From NCBI GenBank assembly GCA_000004985.1, contig GG738910.1: DNA of 64,000 nt, one strand, 5' to 3'. The DNA comes from Naegleria gruberi (lineage: Eukaryota). A program made the position numbers and the translations under genes. The first letter of the stretch is position 1; the number at the start of each line of letters is the position of its first letter. The notes below the pieces were generated by a model. That model ran no database searches and was not told the DNA's origin. It worked only from the letters and a program-made list of their open reading frames with translations. Shown one piece after another: positions 20,797 to 30,240 of this stretch.

Positions 20797-21369
20797 TTAA
20801 TTTAATAATTCTTGGAAGGTTATTGCAGTTCTATGCTTACGTTCACTTGTTGTTGTAGCAATATTGGTCGTTGTTATAGTGGTGGTCTTCCTAGGAATAA
20901 TATTATTGAATAATGGTGATGATAATGGTTGAATAATAATATTATCTTCACTGGTACATGTACTTTTGTGCTCCGAAGGTCTTCTCACTCTAATATAAGC
21001 ATCATCATTATGATTATTAGCTAAAGATGAGCAAGTAGTAATAGGCTCTGTTGAATCAATGGTCATTTGAATGGCTCCAACTTGTAATATTTTCCTCTTT
21101 GGTCGCCCACGAACCTTTGGTGCTGCTTTGTTAATACCACCAATACTACTAGTATTATTAATATTTGAATTAGACTTCTTCTGTTGTTGTTGACCCACAC
21201 GACCGAATGTAACAACTGAGAATTTTACATAATCTACCTTTTCAATTATTCTATTTGGAGGTGGATGTGGAGGTGGTGGTGATCTAATGGTTTGACTTAA
21301 TTGAGGTTCTGATGGCTTGGATTTTTGTTGGTGATTCAATGTTAAGGAATAATTTTCACAACTTTTCAT
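20797..21369 (-). CDS. Fam3-related protein (190 aa) with a Pro-rich stretch (PPPPHPPPN), an AT-hook-like motif (KVRGRPKRK) and the C-terminal ...SERKHRTAITFQELLN.
   Basis: ATG ORF. The C-terminal motif matches Fam3 (KKRQRRTSITIRELLN). The GRP core within a basic context is read as an AT-hook. Confidence 0.45.
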   Translation of the reverse strand: MKSCENYSLTLNHQQKSKPSEPQLSQTIRSPPPPHPPPNRIIEKVDYVKFSVVTFGRVGQQQQKKSNSNINNTSSIGGINKAAPKVRGRPKRKILQVGAIQMTIDSTEPITTCSSLANNHNDDAYIRVRRPSEHKSTCTSEDNIIIQPLSSPLFNNIIPRKTTTITTTNIATTTSERKHRTAITFQELLN

Positions 21370-22827
21370 TCTTGTAATAGTAGTAGTAGTGTTGAGTATT
21401 GTTAATGGTTAATAATAATAATATATTGGTATTTGTTTTTTATTTTCATCCTTAATATGAATTTATTCAGAGAACAAAGCCATTTATTTTAAATGTTAAG
21501 GAAACCACTGCGCCCTATTAATATAAAAAAGACAGTTTCCTTCTTTGATTCATTGATGCTTAAGAAGATCTATGGATAACTCTATAATTTGTGAAATGAT
21601 TGCCTTTTAAACATTAAGAGACAGTAATATATCTCTATCAATTCTTGGAAATCTTATTCAAATAGATGAGTGTGTGATTTAATCTCCATAAATTGTGGGG
21701 TATAAACTATTGAGTTTCATCATAAAACACAGTTAAACCCAAATAGGATTGATATTGAATCAATTGGATGATGATTCTGTCAATATAGATGATCAATGAA
21801 TGGAATATAAATTGTATGAATTATTGCAATTATTATTGCTGAGAATTAATCAGCACAATGTGAGGTATCTGTTTGGAAACCTCCCAAATATGAAATCCAT
21901 CTTGAAAACTCACAAAAAAAACAAACAAAAAAATGTCTTTTCACCCTCTATTCCACAAGAGACAATTTTTTAATATGATTATTAGCTCACTGGTTGCGTG
22001 TTGGTAATAATAACACATGTAATACATGTAATATAATATTTACATCATATGATGATGGAAGATAAAAATGCATCACATGTATCATCAAGTAGTAGGCACG
22101 GGTAACCAACACATGCATTGATTTGATCCGAACAGATATAAGAGAAATAACAAATGTCAAACAAATCACTCCATCATTGTTCATCACATCATTTTTATGA
22201 GTTGTAAAGGTCCTTTCGTAATTAATAGTACTAATAATGAGATTATTTCACAATTTAAGCCTATCCGTTTGTAGACTCTTTCAATTTAGTATAGAACGAA
22301 GTGACAGACCTACCTGCAGGTGCATTGTTTTTCACCAACCACGCAACCACACATCATCAATTTCCTTGTTTTCTGCAGAAACTCAACACTACTGTCAACA
22401 AATCAACATTGGATGTGATCACATGAAAATGATGAGTGAAAAAAATCATTTCAAATCAATTTCTCTTATTAGCTAGTAAACCCTACACAGTGAGTACTCT
22501 CTGTGTGTCCATTGAACAGTCAAGATATAATCAAGAGTTGGCCAATAATTGAGTAGTATCAATAGTCAAGCACATTTTGAGAGCGTTTCAAATCATTTTA
22601 TATTAGGTAAATATATGAAACTATTATGAAAGGCTTACAATAGAATTAGTTTAATTTACAAAAACTTTGATATATTTCAAACTTGAGTTTACATTTGGCA
22701 TGTTCTAAATATGGTATGAGTATATAACTTCAATACTTCTCAACAACCACAACAATAACCACAGCAGCAAGACAAAAACAATACAACAATCAAAAATTGA
22801 AGAATAATTACAACAATCAACATTACA

Positions 22828-23883
22828 ATGAAGAATAATACTAATAGAGTTACTTATAATAGTAATAATAATACTACTACTACTACTACTAATACTAATA
22901 CTTGTACTAATAATAATAATCATGGGATTAGACGGAGTGATTCAAGCAGTAGTAATAGCAACATGTCATTCATTGATGAAACTAGTAATGTTACAATGAA
23001 AGTTAAAGTAAAAAAGAGAAATCATCAATTGAATATTAAACAATCGAGATTGAGAAAACCATTACAAAATGATAATTTACTGAAAAATTACTTTGAATTT
23101 GATAAAAAGCAACAATCAAACGATTTGACTGTTTACAAAATTATTAATACTACTACTACAAATGCTACTAATTCTACCACCAACAACACCAACACCACCA
23201 GTTGTAGTTCTAATAATATTAAAGAGGAAGAAGAAGAAAAGGAAAATTTCATTACAATGAATAACACTATTAATACTATTAATAATAATAATAATGGAAT
23301 TGATAAGAAGATGCATCGATTTGGATGTAGAAAACCAACAATTGATAAAGTTGTTACAACAGAGAAAGTGCAAGTGAGCAAGAATTACAAATCAACAAGT
23401 TTGAATAGTATTGCAACAACAAGTAATACTATTACAAATAATTATTTAAATAATCACAACAATTATATTGGAAATAATCCATTGAAAAGTAATGAAAGAG
23501 TTGAAGAATATCAACAACAATTAGAATATAATAATCGAGTTTATAATGAATTTACTATTAATCATTACAATGATGTAAATAATATGAATCAATTATTTAT
23601 TAATAGTAATAATAATAATACTATTTCATATCCTCTCACTACTACCACAACTACAACTGCTGCTAATTTACCAATTCAACAAGTTTACAATCAACAATTT
23701 AATAATCAATTTAATAATCAATTATCATATTTATGGAATTCTCGAGTCAATTATTCAATTAATAATAGTGATAGTAATAGTAATAATAGTCAAACTAATA
23801 ATTCAAAAGAGGAAGAAGAAGAATTTGATGATTGTAAAAGTTTTCTCAGTTCCATTTCATTTCTATATGATTATCAAAAATAA
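22828..23883 (+). CDS. Fam1 member e (351 aa, long form): N/T-rich leader, then MSFIDETSNVTMKVKVKKRNHQLNIKQSRLRKPLQNDNLLKNYFEFDKKQQSNDLTVYKI, ...FGCRKPTIDKVVTTEKVQV..., ...SKEEEEEFDDCKSFLSSISFLYDYQK.
   Basis: ATG ORF with all three family motifs. The leader may be 5'UTR if translation starts at the MSFIDE Met (~22963). Confidence 0.55.
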   Translation: MKNNTNRVTYNSNNNTTTTTTNTNTCTNNNNHGIRRSDSSSSNSNMSFIDETSNVTMKVKVKKRNHQLNIKQSRLRKPLQNDNLLKNYFEFDKKQQSNDLTVYKIINTTTTNATNSTTNNTNTTSCSSNNIKEEEEEKENFITMNNTINTINNNNNGIDKKMHRFGCRKPTIDKVVTTEKVQVSKNYKSTSLNSIATTSNTITNNYLNNHNNYIGNNPLKSNERVEEYQQQLEYNNRVYNEFTINHYNDVNNMNQLFINSNNNNTISYPLTTTTTTTAANLPIQQVYNQQFNNQFNNQLSYLWNSRVNYSINNSDSNSNNSQTNNSKEEEEEFDDCKSFLSSISFLYDYQK

Positions 23884-24213
23884 TACAACAAATATATTTA
23901 ATAAACTTGATAATTTGCTAATTTAATTATGCACATGATATGAAACGCAACTTGATCACCATTTAAATAGAATGGATATGAGTGAACAAATCATTTCAAT
24001 TCATTCAATGACATTTCACTTACTAATTTGAAGTGAAGAAATAGTATTGAACGCATCGTGACTTTTGAAGAAATCTACCATTACTGCTAATTAGATAGTT
24101 TTTAGATTGTTGTTTGAGATTCACACAGACACGCACACACATTCCCTCACTCTTAGTAAGTCAACAATCTGAATTTTTGCTTGGAAGAAAAAAATTAAAT
24201 CACCATCATCAAC

Positions 24214-24673
24214 ATGAAGAAGAATATCAACTCATCACAACATTTTACTGATGAAACTAAAAAGATTGTCAATAATTGTAGGAAGAGGGATGAGAATTTG
24301 AAAAGTCATCGACAACCCAGATTTAAAAAATCATTGAGAAATTCCAACTTTTTAAAGAATTATTTCGAGTTTGAAAGTGGTGATCATTCGAGAGATCAAT
24401 TAACAGTATACAAAATGAGGAATCAAAGTAATAGGCACCAATCAATTGAACATTGTAAGAAAAAAGATTGTTAATATTTCCAAAAATAGTAATTCCATTC
24501 CTGAAGCCTCCAATAATGACTCTTCTGCTTCAATACGAGACTTGCCAATGAATGTTTTCAATTATGAAAATAATATAATGATGATATTCAGCAATTTATT
24601 TAATTCTTCGTCACAGTTACCAAATGTGGAAGACGATGATTGCCAAAGTTTTCTAAGCTCTTTATCATTCTAA
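24214..24673 (+). pseudogene. Divergent Fam1 member f with a reading-frame break near 24445-24475: N-terminal ...FTDETKKIVNN...RQPRFKKSLRNSNFLKNYFEFESGDHSRDQLTVYKM, and a C-terminal part in another frame ending ...EDDDCQSFLSSLSF.
   Basis: Two adjacent track ORFs (24214..24474, 24446..24673) in different frames carry the N- and C-terminal family motifs. I could not find a GT..AG intron with compatible phase (GTAAGA at 24455 with AG at 24488 gives the wrong phase). Confidence 0.4.
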
Positions 24674-24809
24674 TATTGTATGTATAAATTTTATAAAAAA
24701 ACAATTTATTCTAAATGAAAACTCCATATTGGAAAGTGAAATTCCATTTGAGTTTGTGCTGGATTTGTATTGGTTGACTTCTTTTTCTTTTGATATTTTC
24801 GTCTTTTTT

Positions 24810-25370
24810 TCAAATGTTTTGGATTTGANNNNNNNNNNNNNNNNNNNNNNNNNNNNNNNNNNNNNNNNNNNNNNNNNNAAATGATAAATTCATTGGATAT
24901 ATTTCTTTAAATATTGGTAAATGTCTAATACTTTGATAATTTTGGGGCCATGCGTCCAAGCCTAATGAATGTTTCGTCTTGTTAAATCTTCTCTTTAATG
25001 TTGACAAGTGACAGTCCAATATTTTGGCAGCTTGTATTTGAGAGAGGTGTAAAACTCGAATCATTTCTTCATTGGAGATTGCTCTTGCTCTCTTGTATGA
25101 ATTAACAGGAGCTGCACTGAAAAAAGTTCCATATTTAGTTTCTCGTTTCTTCCAATTAAATAGAGAAACAGCTAATGGGCTATTATTATAATTTTCAATA
25201 TTATTATTATGAATGTTATTATTGGTGTTATTGGTAATGGATGTGGTAGTGGAAGATTTGGCAAAAGATATCAAAGTTATTGAAGATAGAGAGCTAGAGT
25301 TGCTATTCGAAAGTTTGCTCGAGTTTAGTTTAGTTGAAGGCTTGGAAATTTTAGATGAGTTTCTATTCAT
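24810..25370 (-). CDS. Small RWP-RK-like protein a (186 aa; Fam4). S/T/N-rich N-terminus. C-terminal ...AISNEEMIRVLHLSQIQAAKILDCHLSTLKRRFNKTKHSLGLDAWPQNYQSIRHLPIF... A 50-N gap at 24829-24878 lies inside the 3' end.
   Basis: ATG ORF. Spacing of L-x-AAK-L-x5-TLKR-x9-G-x3-WP fits the RWP-RK domain (PF02042) consensus, though it reads AWP not RWP. Paralog at 27707..28216. Confidence 0.5.
   Translation of the reverse strand: MNRNSSKISKPSTKLNSSKLSNSNSSSLSSITLISFAKSSTTTSITNNTNNNIHNNNIENYNNSPLAVSLFNWKKRETKYGTFFSAAPVNSYKRARAISNEEMIRVLHLSQIQAAKILDCHLSTLKRRFNKTKHSLGLDAWPQNYQSIRHLPIFKEIYPMNLSFXXXXXXXXXXXXXXXXXQIQNI
24829..24878. other. Assembly gap (50 N)
   Basis: Run of n. Confidence 0.99.
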
Positions 25371-25819
25371 GTTGTTTAGTTGTTTTTTTAAATTGTGTTC
25401 AATCTATTATAAATGGAATTAAGAGTCATGTAATTAGTTCATCAAATCTCTTGTCATACATTGTCAACTGACATTTGGAAGTAAAGTTAGCTATTTCAGA
25501 AACTCGTAGTACAACAAGATTGTAAGAGATCGATTTTTCGTAATGCCAGATTCAAACTGTTTGGTCCATTAAAATTACTTTTTTTGAAGCAGAGACAGTT
25601 TATGGAATTACTCAAAACATTTTGCTCGCTAAAATTTTCCAATACGAGTGAATCATTTCAAAATTGCCTTATTAATACAAAATTGAAAAGTTTAAGAGAA
25701 TATCAATTCAAGTTGATTGTGTCAACAATCTCATTTGTCCGCGTGTAATCGAATCTTTGTTGAATGGAGAGGTTTAGGATGTCTGTTAATTCGAAACAAA
25801 TTTAGTATTCCAATAAAAT

Positions 25820-26260
25820 TTATTCTAAACAATGTGGTGCAAAGTTCTTTAGAAATGTAGAANNNNNNNNNNNNNNNNNNNNNNNNNNNNNNNNNNNNNN
25901 NNNNNNNNNNNNACTGTTATTATCGATTGAAGAAACATCATTACTTGTAGATGATGTAGTGGATGAAATTGAGGTTTTTCTCTTCTTTAATGGTTGAGTG
26001 TTCGATAGCCGTGATGTGTATGAACTATTGTATTGAAAACTTTCTATATTATTAGTTAATAGAGTTGAATTATATTGATTACTACCACTAGCTGCACTCT
26101 CCTCCATCTGGTTGATGCTCATCTCTTGATTAAATATATTATTAATATAATTCATTGTAATATCAGCAGTATTAGTAATTATCTTTAAACATTCCCAACT
26201 TTTCATAAAATCATTAACATCAAGTTGTAATTTAATAGTATTATCATCACACTGATTCAT
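25820..26260 (-). CDS. Fam2 member f (minus strand; ATG at 26260, since the track start at 26332 is TTG): MNQCDDNTIKLQLDVNDFMKSWECLKIITN...KKRKTSISSTTSS... C-terminal region interrupted by the gap at 25862-25912.
   Basis: Retains a degenerate LDV-DFM-SWE-LK motif and a KKRKTS block. Divergent from copies a-e. Confidence 0.4.
   Translation of the reverse strand: MNQCDDNTIKLQLDVNDFMKSWECLKIITNTADITMNYINNIFNQEMSINQMEESAASGSNQYNSTLLTNNIESFQYNSSYTSRLSNTQPLKKRKTSISSTTSSTSNDVSSIDNNSXXXXXXXXXXXXXXXXXSTFLKNFAPHCLE
25862..25912. other. Assembly gap (~51 N)
   Basis: Run of n. Confidence 0.99.
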
Positions 26261-26908
26261 GGTTGATTGATTGTTTTTTTTATAAGTGAGATTTCGTATA
26301 TTCTGTAACTTGATTGGAACTATTTGATACAACTCTGATACAGATTTGTCAAGTTTGGAATCAAATGTGGAATGAATATTAAGGAGTTGCGCTTATGAAC
26401 ACTACAGGAGTGCATTGTTATTGCTCATATCATTGTTATGAATATTTAGTGCGTGCTACAATTATTTATCTCTTCATTGTAAGATGGTGATTATATCACT
26501 TATCATTAATAATATTACGTTCACATTTTAAAAAGTAAATTGGTGATTCTCTAAAGGAAACTAATATATTATTCGATAAAAGAGTCACTGAAGAGAGAAA
26601 GGAGGTTTCACGGAATTATTGAATTACAGTAACTGTAGATTCTGAATACTTTTCCTTACTTACCATTAACTGTGATTAAGGATCTTTAAACCACTCTCTA
26701 TATTATTTACAATCCCAAACTTTATAAAATAAATCACCAAAACATTAAAGATGAATTGTTCATAATGGTTCGAATAGGTTGAACAACACTCAATGTGCAG
26801 TTGTTCCTAGTAGTTCCGAAATCAATGCTCATCATCTCTTTGTTTTCTTTTATCATTATTAGTGAAACTAACTATTAATAATTGTTGTACAGTTTATTAA
26901 GGTTAATG

Positions 26909-27415
26909 TTAATCATCATAATTTAATAATTCTCTTATAGTAATTGATGTTCTTCGTTGTCTCTTTTTATCAATTGGTGATGATTGAATTGAAGTTGGTG
27001 TTGAAGGCTGTTGGTGCTGATCATTAGATTCTTCAATTCTATCTTGATGAAGGCTTGCCACCGAATCATCACCTCCGCCACTACTGACCATTGTATTATT
27101 ATTACCATATTGATCATTTTGCTGATGCAGTGCCATTCTCTTATTCTTTCTAATTCTTGTTGAGTCATCTTTCTGAAGCGTTTTGAATTGTGTTGGTTTG
27201 CATGGAAATGAAATGACTTGGAAAGGCTTTGAATTATTTGAAAAGTATTCTGTATATTTACTTGTCATTACTTTACAATTATCATCAACAACATCAGCAT
27301 GATCATTGTTAGATCTTCTTCTAGTTGATGATGTTGGATTGGAAGAACAAAAATCGACAACAGTTAATTTGAGTGCTTTTGCCTTTCTTCTATTCGATTG
27401 TTTGTTTGGATTCAT
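26909..27415 (-). CDS. Fam3 member b (168 aa), paralog of 13171..13677, ending IDKKRQRRTSITIRELLNYDD
   Basis: ATG ORF. ~85% aa identity with copy a across the full length. Confidence 0.55.
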   Translation of the reverse strand: MNPNKQSNRRKAKALKLTVVDFCSSNPTSSTRRRSNNDHADVVDDNCKVMTSKYTEYFSNNSKPFQVISFPCKPTQFKTLQKDDSTRIRKNKRMALHQQNDQYGNNNTMVSSGGGDDSVASLHQDRIEESNDQHQQPSTPTSIQSSPIDKKRQRRTSITIRELLNYDD

Positions 27416-27706
27416 TGGTTATAATATTCTAGTTGTGTGTTGTCTTTGGGTGATACGTGTTGTTTCGTTTCGTTTTGTGAAATTGTTACTGATAAAGATT
27501 GCAGATTTCATCGAAATATTTTGCTCTTTTTTCCCAAAACGGCAATTTTTCAAAAAAGAACCCTTGTTGATATATATAAATCTCCACTAAAAGTATAAGC
27601 AAAACAGCGTATGTGTTGATAATGTTGAATAGATAATTTATTCCCCTCATGGGGTAGTTTACTTCAATTTGATAAGAACTGCAATTATTATTCAGAATAT
27701 TGTAAA

Positions 27707-28216
27707 CTATTTGGAATCTTTATTTAAAATAAATGATAAATTCATTGGATATATTTCTTTAAATATTGGTAAATGTCTAATACTTTGATAATTTTGAGGC
27801 CATGCGTCCAAGCCTAATGAATGTTTCGTCTTGTTAAATCTTCTCTTTAATGTTGACAAGTGACAGTCCAATATTTTGGCAGCTTGTATTTGAGAGAGGT
27901 GTAAAACTCGAATCATTTCTTCATTGGAGATTGCTCTCTTGTATGAATTAACAGGAGCTGCACTGAAAAAAGTTCCATATTTAGTTTCACGTTTCTTCCA
28001 ATTAAATAGAGAAACAGCTAATGGGCTATTATTATAATTTTCAATATTCGTATTGTTATTATTTTTATGGGTATTATTGGGAATGGATGTGGTGGTGGAA
28101 GATTTGGCAAAAGATATCAAAGTTATTGAAGATAGCGAGCTAGAGCTTCTATTCGAAAGTTTGTTGGAGTTTAGTTTAGTTGAAGGCTTGGAAATTTTAG
28201 ATGGTTTTCTATTCAT
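27707..28216 (-). CDS. Small RWP-RK-like protein b (169 aa; Fam4), intact copy
   Basis: ATG ORF. C-terminal 110 aa essentially identical to 24810..25370. The ~170-bp 5' flank (28300-28470) is also duplicated at 25440-25610. Confidence 0.55.
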   Translation of the reverse strand: MNRKPSKISKPSTKLNSNKLSNRSSSSLSSITLISFAKSSTTTSIPNNTHKNNNNTNIENYNNSPLAVSLFNWKKRETKYGTFFSAAPVNSYKRAISNEEMIRVLHLSQIQAAKILDCHLSTLKRRFNKTKHSLGLDAWPQNYQSIRHLPIFKEIYPMNLSFILNKDSK

Positions 28217-28852
28217 GTTGTTTAGCTATTTTTTTAAATTGTGTTCAGTACATTTGCAGCATCTCTTATAAATGTAATGAAAGTGGCTTTCAATAGTTCA
28301 TCAAATCTCTTGTCATACATTGTCAAGTGACATTTGGAAATATGGTTAGCTATTTCAGAAACTCGTAGTACAACAAGATTGTAAGAGATCAATTTTTTGG
28401 TAATGCCAGATTTAACTGTTTGGTTCATTACAATTACTATTTTTGAAGCAGACAAGTTTATGGAAAGAAATCACATAATTGCCTTATTAATACTAAATGA
28501 AGAAGAATATCAATGCATGTTGAATGTGTCAACAATCATTTGTCCGCGTATATTCGAATCTTTAGGACCGTCATTAAGGATGATTGAATATTCAATGTAT
28601 GCTGTTGCCAAAACTTAAAAATTTTACAAGTCGTCAACAACCTTACTCAGTAGAAACAAGTTCAAATCTGAAAGAAATCGATTGTCCAGGATACAATTTC
28701 AAATAGCTATCCTCTACAGAAATATTCAACAAACAAGCAAGAACTTCCTATATTTATTCGAAACTGAAAGTCTTCTAAGGAAGATTTCATTGTAAAGTTT
28801 TAAGAGAGAATGACTTTGAATCTTCAATAATCTAAAGAAAACTTTGAACAAA

Positions 28853-29560
28853 ATGCCCAAACACAATCCACCTCTCTTCATTAAAGATAATTCTCAACTT
28901 GCCGCACACAAGTACATTGCCAAGGAACATGATCCGAACTATTCTTATGACAATTATTACGATTATTATGATTATTATGATTATTATGATGATGATTGGT
29001 ATTATGATGATTATGAAGACGACAATGATGAAATTGTCAAAAATATTTATAATTGGCGATGTTTAAATAAGAAATGTAATGATTTTCAAGTGGAGGAAGA
29101 AAATTATCCATTTTATCATTCACAATTGAATAAGATGTATTCTCAAAATAGAAATATTTCAATGCTGAATACTCAATTGAGTGATACGAGAAGTTTGTTG
29201 GCTATTTTCCCAAAGAGAATTTGTTCAAAGGCTAAAACATTTCAATACTTGTTCATGTATGAGATTAAGTGGATGTTAATTGATTGGGAGAGGAAGAAAA
29301 TGAGAATTATTTCACCATTGACTTATCCCATATATAGAGATGAATTGGAAGTTTCACTTTCATTCAAACTTTGTAGAAGAACGAGTTGGAATTCTCAATT
29401 AGTTTTCCCTTTTGAAATGAATGGAGGATTCAGTGATGGAGTTTTATTTAATTGTGGACAACAGACACAGCTTACTAATGAGGAAATTAATAATTATTCA
29501 CCATCTGCAATTTATCTGGGTTCGATCAAATGGAGAAATTATTGTTTCAGAAACAGGTAG
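28853..29560 (+). CDS. Hypothetical protein with an acidic Tyr/Asp repeat (DNYYDYYDYYDYYDDDWYYDDYEDDNDE). May be the 5' part of the downstream NHL-repeat gene.
   Basis: ORF from ATG 28853 (track start 28844 is TTG). No domain recognised. Its 3' end overlaps the NHL-repeat reading frame. Confidence 0.3.
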   Translation: MPKHNPPLFIKDNSQLAAHKYIAKEHDPNYSYDNYYDYYDYYDYYDDDWYYDDYEDDNDEIVKNIYNWRCLNKKCNDFQVEEENYPFYHSQLNKMYSQNRNISMLNTQLSDTRSLLAIFPKRICSKAKTFQYLFMYEIKWMLIDWERKKMRIISPLTYPIYRDELEVSLSFKLCRRTSWNSQLVFPFEMNGGFSDGVLFNCGQQTQLTNEEINNYSPSAIYLGSIKWRNYCFRNR

Positions 29561-30060
29561 ACACATGATTCGTGTTAGAATTGATAGAATTTCAAATATA
29601 CTGGAATGATTGATTCAATTACTGGTAAAAATGGTAATGGCGGTGATGGTTTATTGGCTACAAACACACAATTATCAAACCCTTTTGCAGTTGCACTGGA
29701 TTTAGAAGGTCAAGTTCTTGTTTCAGATTCTAGTAATGGAACGATGGTTATCATCGCAGGAATTGGTTTAGCAGGTTATTATGGAGATGGTATTGATGCT
29801 AGGAGTGCTAAATATAATTAAATAATCCAGCAGGCATTTTGGTTGATTCCAAAACTGGTGAACTATATATTGCTGACAATGGCAATTATAGAATTAGAAA
29901 GGTCTTAACCTTGGGAGTTAACGAATGGTACAATTATAACAGTTGTAGGAACTGGTTCAGAACCCTAAAGCAAGATATTTCAATGTTGTTCTACCATCAT
30001 ATGAAATTAATTTGTAAACATTTGAGTGATATGTGTGATATGAATGGTCAATATAATTTC
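29490..30060 (+). pseudogene. NHL-repeat (six-bladed beta-propeller type) coding region, split over three reading frames (29421..29609, 29606..29821, 29839..30075).
   Basis: Repeated units of the NHL type: FIWVRSNGEIIVSETGRHMIRV; ITGKNGNGGDGLLATNTQLSNPFAVALDLEGQVLVSD; NPAGILVDSKTGELYIADNGNYRIRKV. Two frame changes lack convincing GT..AG introns, so this is either a pseudogene or indel errors in the draft. Confidence 0.4.
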
Positions 30061-30240
30061 AAATCTGGATATTGAGTGTAATTTTGATCTGAATTTATTG
30101 GTAAATTGAAACAATTAACAATTCTTAATAATACCTAAATTACCATTTCCTCCACCATTCTTGAAGTATGACATGATTACTTGTTGGACAATTACTTCCT
30201 TAACAAGCCACAATTACAAGTAATGAGATGCTTTATTATT

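Noticed and set aside
24810-28216. Idea that the RWP-RK pair marks a mating-type locus (by analogy with algal MID)
   Set aside because: Known dictyostelid mat loci encode different small proteins (MatA/B/C/D/S/T type). Nothing in the sequence identifies this as an idiomorph. I kept it only as an analogy inside the RWP-RK finding.
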